64,000 bases of DNA, taken from NCBI GenBank assembly GCA_958009085.1, contig OY253681.1:124001-188000 (forward strand). The letters are read 5' to 3'. Made by a program: the position numbers and the translations under genes. Every line of letters starts with the position of its first letter. Position 1 is the stretch's first letter. This document shows, piece by piece, positions 23,626 through 35,600 of the stretch. The notes under the pieces were generated by a model, which was given only the letters and a program-made list of their open reading frames with translations, made no database searches and was not told where the DNA came from. The DNA comes from Protoeuglena noctilucae (lineage: Eukaryota).

Positions 23626-26600
23626 ATGGCGGGCTCTTTTAGCCGAGGGTCTCGGCTCGACCCCCTCCGCGACCCGCCCCACGCGTCCAAGTCCGGGAAT
23701 GGGACGCTCGGGAACGGCTTCGGCTCATTGACGAACGTGGCCGATGCCGCGAGTGGCGCCAAGCGCGGCGCGACCCTCCCGCCCCTGCGAGGCGAGGCCA
23801 AGCGCCAGCGGTCCAAGGTCACGCTCACGTCCTTCACGGCGGTCCCTGCGGGCGCCCTGCCGCTGTACGAGGGCGTGATCGAGGAGGACTTCCACACGGA
23901 CATCCGCACGGGCAACGACGTGATCGAGTACTACGCCCGCTACGGCCACGGGGCGCGCGTAAAAGTGTTCCACTGCAACCGCGCGCTGCCGCCCGGGCAG
24001 GGGTCGCCCTACGAGCTCACGATCGTGCCCCGGCAATGCGTGGACCTGGAGTACTACACCATCACCGCCGCGGGCGTCGTGCACCACCCGGACGGGCCGG
24101 GCGAGCCGGAGTACACGCCCATTGGGGAGTGGCTGCGGGAGCAGAGCATCTACAACCTCATGCGGCAGATGCGCTTCTTCAAGTACTACATCCACCAGCG
24201 GTTCTTCTCCCAGGCAAGCGGGGGCGGGGGTAGGCTCATCAAAAGAGCACGAGTGCGTTGGGGTAGCGTGCATGATTGGCCGGCGCTTGCTCCGGTCTCC
24301 CGCAGTGGCGCAACATCTCCCATCGCCTGCGCTTCGACAAGATGCGCAAGCGCGTCATGGACCGGGCCTTCATGGCCAAGCCGGCCCTGTGCGACGCCAT
24401 CCTCAGCATCCGCACCCTCGTCACCCAACTCGGGTCCACCAGCGCCGTCAGGTGAGCGCGCCGTCGCAGCTAGACTTTCATCGCTCTCATACCTCTTTGT
24501 CTACGTCGGCCAGGCTGGCATGGGCGGCTGGCGTATGCCCAACCGAACGTGCCAACCCGGATCGGCATTTTCAAACTAAACCTCCTCCCTGCGCCCCGCT
24601 GCAGCCTGGAGGAGGGCAAGGTGTACACGCTGGAGGAGTTCCAGGCCGCACAGCGCGAGCACCGGCAGCAGAAGGCGTCCCATCAGCTCGAGAGCATCAT
24701 GGACCACGTCAAGGCATCTTTGCAGCGCGTCATGCAGTCGATCCTCAAGCAGGAGGAGAGCGTGCGGAAGGAGATGATCGAGTTCGAGTCGGACCCGTCC
24801 CGGGGAGCCGCGCAGGGCAAGTCGACGGTCAAGGTGCAGGTCGAGGTGAGCGGGCGAGGGGGGATACGACAGTGTTGCACCCTGCGAGCGAGGGAGTGGC
24901 TGCAGGTCGGCAGACACGGCGTGGGTGATTATAGAGCTAGAAGAGCTTAACAGTCACTTGGCGGCTGCCGTCAAGGAGATAAGGAGCCATCGTTTCCTAC
25001 TGCTGAGCCCATCCCTCCCTCCCCACTCCGCAGTACATGCAAAAGTCTAAGATGCACCGGACTCTGAAGCAGGAGGTGGAGTTGCTGCCCAACCTGGTCC
25101 GCATGGTGGACCTGATGATCGTGGGCGCCCTGTGCGACGTGGTCACGAACGGCGTGGCTGCGCTGCAAGAGGCGTTCGAGCGGTCCGGCGTGCTCCTCAC
25201 GTCCGTCACGTTCGCCGACGAGGGCCGCACGTTCGATCCCGCGCTGCGCGACATCCACGCGGAGTTCTCGGAGCACTTCGTGGACCAGCTGCTGCGCCTG
25301 GTGGCGGGCGTTCCCCGCGTGCTGCACCACCAGCACTTCCTGCCGCTCTTCCAGAAGCAGCTGGGCCGCAAGGCGCTGGGCCCGGACCTGGCGAGCGTGG
25401 TGCTGACGAGCAAGCACATCAGCCGGGCGCACATGACCCTCGAGCGCACCATCGCCAAGTCGTTTGCCGAGGCCGATACCCGCACCAAGCATCTGGAGGA
25501 GCTCCGGGCCATCGTGGAGTTCGGGCGCGTGTGGGACGCCGAGGAGTACACGGCCAAGGAGAGGGACCTGGCGCAGTTCCGAAAGGACATGACGCTCATG
25601 CGGGCGTGGGGGCAGCAGGCGAGGAAGGGGCGGGGTAGCTGTGGGCGGGATGACTGCAGCGGTATTGGGCCGCGTGCAGGGTGGCACCGTGCACCTGCGC
25701 CTGCCAGTCGACCGCTGCTTAGTACTATTGCCACCGCTGTTGCCCACCGCAGGTGTCGGCGCTTGGGGAGACGTTCAGCGCGGGAATGCTGGTGGTCAGC
25801 ATGAACCAGCTGCAGGCCCAGCTGTCTCTGGTGGTCAACGCGGCGCTGGAGACGATGCGGGCGATGCTCATCGTGGCCGCACGGTCCGAGTGCGCGCGCG
25901 TGCTGGCTCACTTCCAGGACCACGCCCGGATCATGTCGGAGCGTCCCACGGACCTGCACGGCTTCGCGGGGTTCCTGGAGAACGTGATGGAGCTCCAGAC
26001 GGACCGGGAGGCCTTCATGGGAGAGGCCAAGCTGGTCGACGACATGTACAACATGCTGGTCCAGTACGAGGCGAAGGTGCCGGAGAACGACCGGCTGGTC
26101 GTCGACGACCTCAAGGACATCATTGTGACGTTCAACAAGGCGAGGGGATGGTGGCGGAAAGGGTCGGGAGAGGCGCAGCGGATGTCACTAGCGTGGCGGC
26201 GCACGCGATTTGATGAATAAGCACTGTCACTGCTTGCTCTGCCCGCCCACTCTCATCAGTAGCCATTGCCCTCTCTGCCATCCGCCTCTGTGCCATCCAC
26301 ACTTGCTATTCCTGGTCCAATACAATAAACAGCGTTGCCCCGACCCCCACAGGTGTTTGAGGAGTCCGGGACGTTCGTGGAGGAGAACAAGGAGAGCATG
26401 ATTGCGTCCCTCGAGTCCAGCATCGGCTCTCTGTTCGAGGACCTGCAGACGGTGGTGTCGGACCTTCGGTCGGGCACCTACGATCGCAAGGAAAACGACG
26501 CCGCGGAGATGGTCGCGTCGCTGGGGGCCCTGGCCGACAAGTACGAGTCGATGAAGGCGAGTGGACGGTGGAGAGTTGATCAGTGGGAGTCAGTGCGGTG

Positions 26601-29600
26601 TTGACTGGAAGTTGATTGCAAGGCGATGAATGCGAGTATATGAGTGGCAATCCATGCTGTGTTGACTGGAAGTCGATGGTGGCTAGCAGATGCTGCTGAC
26701 TGAGAGTTTGAGACGAGGCGATGAAGGCGACGCGATACTGCCGAGTGATGCTGGTCACATCAAACCATTGACCCATCACGCTCTGCGTCACCGCGCCTGC
26801 AGGACCTGAGCGGCAAGTTTGCGCACTACCAGGAGCTGATGCAGCTGGGCCAGACGGACTACACGACGGTGCAGATGGCCGGTCGGGAGCTGAAGTGGCA
26901 GCAGGACAAGTGGGGCATGCTAGCGGAGTTTGAGGGCCTGAGCCGCGGGTGGCTGACGGACCGTGCGTCGACGCTGGACCCCGAGGCGATCCAGACGAAG
27001 GTCGACGAGATGAGCAAGGCCAACTACAAGATGATCAAGGCCCGGAAGGATGACCCGGTGTGCGCGCGCCTCAAGTCGCAGATCGACGGCTTCAAGGAGT
27101 GCATCCCGATGCTCACGCTGGTGGCCGACGAAGCTCTCAAAGACCGCCACTGGGCCGAGATTTACGCGCTGATGGGCCAGGAGTATGTGGCGGGAGAGAC
27201 CGTGCCCAGCGTGCAGGGCCTGCTGGACGGCGGCCTGCCGCGCCACTTCGACGCTTTGGAGGCGATCGTGGGCAACGCGGTCAAGGAGAACAACCTGCTG
27301 AAGAACCTGGACAAGATGGAGCGCGAGTGGAAGGCGCAGGAGTTCCGCGTTGTGCCCTACAAGAGCGACTACATCGTCGGCGGCGTCGATGACATCCAGA
27401 CGATACTGGACGACCAGATCGTCAAGATCCAGGCCATGAACGGGCAGCCGTACATCAAGCCCTTCGAGGAGCGCTCGAAGCTGTGGGAGGCCACGCTCAC
27501 GCGTCTGCAAGAGATCCTCGACGCCTGGCTCAAGGTGCAGTCCACCTGGATGTACCTCGAGCCCATCTTCTCCAGCGACGACATCGTGAAGCAGATGCCC
27601 GAGGAAGGGGCCAAGTTCAGCCAGGTCGACGCCAACTGGAAGACGCTTATGAAAAACACCAAGGACGCCCCCTCCGTCATCCCCATCGCCCAGAGGCCCG
27701 AGGTGCTCGAGGTGCTGCTGAAGATCGACGGGCTGCTCGAAGAAATCCAGGCGAGAGGGGGGGTGACGTGGGGGAGAGGCTGGGTGGCATGCGCGGTAGC
27801 GGTCGCGTGGGTGTGGCGCGGTGGGGGCGTGCGGGGTGGGCTCGGGGGTGGTAGTCGAGGTGAGCTATAGTGCAGCTGTAAAGGGCCGTGCCACTCTCGC
27901 TGCACCTGCATGCCAACCCCTCGCACCCCACCCCACATGCCAACACCCTGCACCCCACCCCCCTCCCCCGCAGAAGGGCCTCTCGGCTTACCTGGAGAAG
28001 AAGCGTCTCTTTTTCCCTCGTTTCTTCTTCCTCTCCAACGACGACATGCTGGAGATCCTGTCAGAGACCAAGGACCCCACGCGGGTGCAGCCGCACCTGC
28101 ACAAGTGTTTCGAGGCCATCGACCGCCTCACCTTCGAAGACACGCTCAAGATCCGGCAGATGGTGTCGGTGAGGGCGAGGCGGTGGACTTCGTCGACCCG
28201 GTCGACACGGTGCGGGCCAGGGGCGCGGTCGAGAAGTGGCTGGTCGAGGTGGAGGACGCCATGGTGCGTTCCGTGCACGACGTCATCCGGCGCGGCATGG
28301 AGAAGTACCCGGGGCAGCTGCGCAAGGAGTGGGTGCTGGACTGGCCGGGTGCGGTGGTGCTGGTCGTGACGGCCATGTTCTGGACCAAGGGGGCTATGGA
28401 CGCCCTGGGAGCCGTGCAGGGCGGGCGGGAGGGTGCGCTGGGTGACTACGAGAAGCAGTGCACGCGGGAGCTGCTGGAGATCGTGGACTTGGTGCGGGGG
28501 GAGCTGACCGCGCTGCAGCGGGCAACGCTGGGGGCGTTGGTGGTGATGGACGTGCATGCGCGGGACGTGGTGACGGCCATGGTGGCCAAGGGGGTGGATT
28601 CCGACCAGGACTTCGAGTGGCAGGCGCAGCTGAGGACGTACTGGCAGGACGACACCAAGGGGGACAAGGGCATGACCGTCATGATGCAGATGATGTCGGC
28701 GGAGGTGAGGGGTGGTTGGGTTGGGGTGGGGGAGTGGTGGAGGCGGAGCGAGGGTAGCGGGGTTAATGATGCAAATGATGTTTGCTGAGGTGAAGGGCAG
28801 AGGCGGGGGTAGCGGTGGCGGCAGGGCTTATGTGGGGGTGTGGTGGTAGCGTCGGGATGCAGAGTGGGGTAGCGGTAGAGGCAGGGGCGGAGCGAGGGTA
28901 GCGGTGGTGGCAGGGCTGACGTGGGGGTGCGGAGGTAGCGTCGGGATAAGGGTGGGGTAGTGGTAGATGTGGTAGCGGAAGTGGCGGTGGTAGCAGCAGG
29001 GGCAGCAGCGCTGTGCAAGCCGTCACCCCTACTGATCCCCACCCCGCGCCCCTCGTCCTCCACAGGTGGAGTACGGCTACGAGTACCTTGGCAACTCCTC
29101 TCGCCTTGTCATCACCCCTCTGACCGACCGGTGCTACCGTACGCTCATGGGCGCCATCCACTTGACTTTGGGTGGTGCCCCAGAAGGCCCCGCGGGCACC
29201 GGCAAGACCGAGACGACCAAGGACTTGGCCAAGGCCATGGCTCGCCAGTGCGTGGTGTTCAACTGCAGCGAGCAGCTCGACTACTTGGCCATGGGGAAGT
29301 TCTTCAAGGGGCTGGCGTCGTCGGGGGCGTGGGCGTGCTTCGACGAGTTCAACCGCATCAACCTGGAGGTGAGAGCGAGTCTGAGAGGGGGGCATCCGAT
29401 GAGCTGAGGCGTGTCATCCTCGAGATGTGAGAGTGAGCCGCTAGTCACTGGAGTGGATATGGGTGACCGACTCCATCGCTTGTGCACCCTCACACTCTCC
29501 CTTACTCCACCCACACCCACACCCGCGCCCACACCCACACTGCTACCCACATTCCCACCCACACCCCCACCCACACCCACACTGCAACCCAATCCACACC

Positions 29601-32600
29601 CACACTGCTACCCACACCCACACCCGCACCCACACCCGTACCCACACACCCACCCACACACCCACCCCCCTCGTTACCCCCCAGGTGCTGTCCGTGGTGG
29701 CCCAGCAGGTGCTCGACATCCAGCGCGCCATCAACGCCCGCCTTCGTGAGTTCGTCTTCGAGGGCACTGAGCTGCGACTCAAGTGGACGGCGTGGTGTGC
29801 CATTACCATGAACCCCGGGTATGCGGGGCGGTCGGAGCTGCCCGACAACCTCAAGGCGCTGTTCCGGACGGTGGCCATGATGGTGCCCGACTACGCCATG
29901 GTGAGTGAAGAGATGGTCACGTATGGCTACTGATGCTGGTTGTGATTGATGACAGCGTTTGTTTTGGTCGTCTTTGCCATCTCGAACACAACCCTGCGCC
30001 TTCTCACATTTCCACTGTAACAATTAGTAGCTACCCACTCCCGTCCGCAAAACCCAACCCTGTTCATATCGCTCCCCCCGCAGATTGCCGAGATCATCCT
30101 GTTCTCGTACGGCTACCTCCAGGCGCGCGAGTGCGCCAAGAAGATCGTGCAGTGCTACAAGCTCTGCTCCGAGCAGCTCTCCAGCCAGGACCACTATGAC
30201 TACGGCATAAGGGCCGTCATCGCCGTGCTCCGCGCCGCCGGCAACCTCAAGCGCCGCTACCCCGACCAGGACGAGTACGTCCTGATGCTTCGCTCCATCA
30301 CGGACGTCAACCTGTGCAAGTTTCTGTCGGAGGACGTTCCGCTATTCCAGGGCATCATCAGCGACCTGTTCCCGGGGGTCAAGCTGCCAGCACCCGACTA
30401 CGAGCACATGGAGGCAGCGATGCGGGAAGCGTGCGCGGAGATGAACCTGCAGGCCACGGACTACTTCCTGCTTAAGTGCACCCAGCTGTACGAGATGGTG
30501 GTGGTGCGGCACGGGCTCATGATCGTGGGGTTGCCCTTCTCTGGCAAGACGCGGTCGTACCAGGTGCTGGGGCGCGCGCTGACCAAGATGCACGCGCTGG
30601 GGCAGGACGGGCAGGACGAGGTGGAGACGTACGTCATCAATCCCAAGTCGGTGACCATGGGGCAGCTGTACGGCCAGAACGACCCGGCGACGCACGAGTG
30701 GACCGACGGCGTGCTCGCCGTCACCTTCCGCGCCTGCGCCGGCGACCGCTCCTCGCGGCGCAAATGGCTGGTGCTCGACGGCCCGGTCGACGCCCTGTGG
30801 ATCGAGAACATGAACACGGTTCTCGACGACAACAAGAAGCTCTGCCTCAACTCGGGCGAGATCATCCAAATGTCCACCAACCACTCCATGATTTTCGAGG
30901 TCATGGACCTCGCCGTCGCGTCCCCCGCCACCGTCTCCCGATGCGGGATGGTCTATTTGGAGCCCCACCAGCTGGGGTGGCGGCCGCTGGTGCGGTCGTG
31001 GATGGCCACGCTGCCCCCCCACTTCGAGGCGCCGCTGCGGGACGCGCTCACGGCGCTGTTCGAGTGGCTCGTGCCCGTCACGCTGCGCTTCCTGCGACGG
31101 GAGGTCCGCGAGGTGTCGCCCACGCTCGACGCCAACCTGGTCGTCACGCTCATGCGCAACGTGGCCGCCATGCTCGACCATGTGGGCGCGCAGGTGAAGG
31201 GGGAGGACGGGGAGCTCGCCTGGGACCGCGGGCGCTACGACGCGCTGGGCGAGGGCGGCTGCCGCACGCACGCCGAGGGGGCCTTCCTGTTCGGCCTGGT
31301 CTGGTCGTTAGGATGCACGGGCGCCACCCACGACGCGCGGGTCGAGTTCGACCGTTTCCTGCGCCTCGCGGTCGCCGGGCGCCTGTCCGAGTACACCAGC
31401 CCCTCGGGGGAGAGGTACGGGACGGCGGACGACGTCCCCGCGTCCCCGCCCGCGCTGTCGGTGCCGATGATTCCGGAGGAGGGCGGCGCGACGGTCTTCG
31501 ACTATTTCTTCGACCGGGACGCGGGGTCCTGGCGGCGCTGGACGGACATCATGGACGCGTCGCCCATCCCGCCCGACGCCCAGTTCCGCAAGATCATCGT
31601 ACCGACCACCGACACGGTGCGCTACACCTTCCTGATGGGCCTGAACGCCCGGCAGCGCTCGCCCATGCTGGTGGTCGGCGAGACGGGCACGGGCAAATCC
31701 GTGTACGTGCAGCAGTTCCTGCGCACGCTGCCCGCGGACGAGTTCGCCCCGCCGGTCCTCATCAACTTCTCCGCCCGCACCACGGCCAACATCACGCAGT
31801 ACATGATCGACGGGCGCCTCGACCGCCGCCCGCCCAAGCGACTTGGCATCTACGGGCCCCCGGGCAACAAGCGGGCCGTCATCTTCGTCGACGACCTCAA
31901 CATGCCCAACAAGGAGGAGTTCGGGGCGCAGCCACCCATCGAGCTCCTGCGCCAGTGGATGGACCACAGCGGGTGGTACGACCGGGAGAACGCCTTCCGC
32001 ACGATCAAGGACGTGCAGTTTATGTGCGCGATGGGCCCGCCCGGTGGCGGCCGCACGTACGTCACGCCCCGGTACACGCGGCACTTCAACACGGTGGTGA
32101 TCACCGAGTTCGATCGGCCCACGCTCGAGCACATCTTCACGACGATCCTCGACTGGCACATGGCCCGGGAGAGGCTGCCCGAGGAGCTGGGGCCCACCAA
32201 GCCGCAGTGCATCGCGGCCACGCTCGACGTCTACTCCAAGGTCACGCTGACGCTCCTGCCCACGCCCGCCAAGTCCCACTACACCTTCAACCTCCGCGAC
32301 ATCAGCCGCGTCATGCAGGGCGTGCTGCTGGGCAGGCGGGCCATCTTCAAGGACGCGGGCGCGGCGCGCGACAAGATGATCCGGCTGTGGTTCCACGAGA
32401 CGCTGCGGGTCTTCTACGATCGCCTCGTCGACGAGAAGGACCGGTCGTGGTTCCTCGACTACCTCAAGGACGTCGTGCAGCGGCACTTCCGACGTCATGT
32501 TCGAAAAGGTGTTCGCCAAGATGGTCGGCCGCGAGGGGCTCACGCAGGACACGGCGCGCAAGTGCTTCTTCGGCGATTTCATGGACACGGCCGCGGACGA

Positions 32601-35600
32601 GCCCCGCGACCGCGTCTACGACGAGCTGACGGACCCCCGGGCCATCATCGAGCGCGTGGAGGAGTGCCTGGCGGACCACAACGCCATGTCCAAGCGGCCG
32701 ATGAACCTCGCCGTGTTCCTCTACGCCTGCGAGCACGTCTCGCGCATCTGCCGCGCGCTCCGGCAGCCCGGCACGCACATCCTCAACGTCGGGCTGGGCG
32801 GCTCGGGCCGCCAGAGCCTCTCGCGGCTGGCCGCGCACATCATGGGCATGGAGGTCTTCCAGATCGAGATTTCCAAGTCGTACGCGGTGCAGGACTGGCG
32901 CGAGGACCTCAAGCGCTTCACGCGCCGCGCCGGCGCCGACGGCGTTCCCTGCGTGTTCCTGTTCAGCGACACGCAGATCAAGCTGGAGTCCTTCGTCGAG
33001 GACATCAACAACCTCCTCAACGCCGGCGAGGTGCCCAACATGTTCCCGTACGACGAGCGCACGGCGATCCGCGAGACGTGCCGCGCCACGGCGCGCAAGC
33101 AGGGCGTGGTTCTGGACAGCGAGGAGGACCAGTGGGGCTGGTTCGTGGACAAGACGAAGGAGAACCTGCACGTGGTGCTGTGCATGAGCCCCGTGGGCGA
33201 GGCCTTCCGCGAGCGGCTGCGCCAGTTCCCGTCGTTAGTCAACTGCTGCACCATCAACTGGTACCAGCAGTGGCCGGACGACGCGCTGGAGGCCGTGGCG
33301 GCCAAGTTCTTGGCGGACGTCGACGTGACGGACAAGGTGCGGGCGGACGTGACGGCCATGTGCAAGACGTTCCACAAGGACGTCCGTGCTTTGTCCGACG
33401 AGTTCAGGGACCGCATGGGGCGGTACAACTACGTGACGCCCACCTCCTACCTCGAGCTCATCTCCATGTTCAAGTCGGTGCTGGGCGTGCAGCGCGACCG
33501 GGTGACCAAGGCTAAGCGGCGGTACGAGACGGGGCTGCAGAAGCTGTCTTTCACGGCCGAACAGGTGGCGGCCATGCAGAAAGAGCTGGAGGATCTGATC
33601 CCGCAGCTGACGGTGACGGTGGCGCAGGTGGAGACGCTGATGGGGCAGGTGAACAAGGAGAAGACGGAGGTGGTGGAGCCCAAGAAGGCGATGGTCGACG
33701 CCGAGGTGACCAAGGCGTCCGAGGCAGCCGCGGTGGCGAATGGGATTAAAGAAGAGTGCGAGACGGCGCTGGCCGAGGCGCTGCCGGCGCTGGAGGCCGC
33801 GGAGCAGGCGCTGCTGACCATCAAGGGCCCGGACATCAAGCTGGTGCAGACGTTCACGAACCCGCCCGAGACGGTCAAGCAGGTCATGGAGGCCGTGTGC
33901 GTGATGCTGGGGGAGCAGCCGGTCAAGGTGACCGACCCGGCTACCGGGAAGAAGAACACGGAGTACTGGCCGACCAGCAAGCGCATCCTGGGTGACCCCA
34001 AGTTCATGACTAGGCTGCTGGGGTACGACAAGGACAACATCGACCCGAAGGTGATCGACCGTATACGCACGGGGTACCTGGCGAAGGAGGAGTTCACGGT
34101 CGCCAACGCCACCAAGGCGTCCACGGCAGCCGCGGGCATGTGCAAGTGGATCTACGCCATGAGCGACTACGACCGGGTCGCGAAGGTCGTGGCACCCAAG
34201 AGGTGAGGAAACTCCACTCCTTGGGGAGGCATGTTAGGTGGTGACTGCTGAGGAGGGGTGGATGGGGGTTGAGGATGTGGCTGGGAGATGGCTGTGGTTG
34301 CAGCTGTGGCTGTGGCGGTGGCTGCGGCCGTGTCAGCACCGGTTGTCGCAAGCGTGTCCCAGCCCCGTGACCCCAACCCCTCACCTTCTCGCCAACCCCC
34401 TTTCCTCGCAGGGAGCAGCTGGCGGTGGCGGAGGAGAAGTATCGGGAGGTCAAGTCTGCATTGGAGGCCAAGCAGGCTGAGCTGAAGGAGGTGATGGACA
34501 AGCTGGCGGTGCTGGAAGAGCAACTGGACGCCAGTCAGAAGAAGAAGACGACGCTCCAGGAGGAGGTGGACCTGTGCAAGACCAAGCTGGGGAGGGCGGA
34601 GAAGCTCATCCAGGGGCTGGGGGGAGAGAAGACCAGGTGGACGGAGGTGAGGGGGGGGGGGAAGGGAGGGGCGCGGTGCGGGTGGGTGAGGGGTGATGAA
34701 TACCTAGGCTAACGATGCTTGGGGTTCGCTGGCTCAGCGGCAGTTTCGACCTAGCAGTCACGTCACCGTCGCCGTGCATGTGAGGGTGGCTATGTGACAT
34801 GTGACTGAGCCAGCATTGCAATCTCAGTCGCTGCCACCATTGGTCCCCCACCGCAGGCGGCGGAGAAACTGGGCGTCAAGTACATCAACCTGACGGGCGA
34901 CATGCTCATCAGCGCGGGGGTCATGGGGTACCTGGGGGCCTTCACGATGGCCTTCCGGGACAAGGTGGTGTCCCAGTGGATCAGCCTCTGCAAAAAGATG
35001 GGCATACCCGCGAGCGCCAAGTTCTCTTTGACCGAGGCGTTGGGCGACCCCGTCAAGATTCGATCCTGGACCATCGCGGGCCTGCCGAACGACACGTTCA
35101 GCATCGACAACGCGATCATCCTCTCCAACGCCCGCCGGTGGCCCCTGCTCATCGACCCCCAGGGCCAGGCCAACAAGTGGGTCAAGGAGATGGAGAAGGG
35201 CGAGCTCCGCGTCATCAAGCTGTCCGACCACGACTTCTTGCGCACGCTGGAAAACGCAATCCAGTTCGGCCTACCGGTGTTATTGGAGAACGTGGGGGAG
35301 GAGCTGGACCCGTCCCTGGAGCCCCTCTTGCTCAAGAACATCTTCAAGTCGGGCGGCATGAACTACATCCAGCTGGGAGACACGCAGGTGAGAGGAAGGG
35401 CGGGGGTGCAGGGTGGAGGTGGGGTGCAGCTGCGAGGGGCGTGGGGGTGCGGCGGGGGTAGCCAACTGGCAGAGGAGGTGGGCAGTGCGACGTGTAGGGA
35501 TGGGGACTTGACTGAGCTACTTACATAAGGCAGCTCGGCTACGCTTGCGTAGAACCGCTGCCATGTGTTGTCGTGCTACCTCGACATGCCCTCGTGACCC

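Noticed and set aside
28169..28180. GTGAGG...AG as a micro-intron repairing the dynein frameshift
   Set aside because: Only 11 nt and would delete the conserved EGE; a 1-nt indel is simpler
30342..34145. Long alternative-frame and antisense ORFs inside the dynein gene (717, 426, 309 aa)
   Set aside because: Expected from extreme third-position GC bias; Arg/Gly/Ala-rich with no domains
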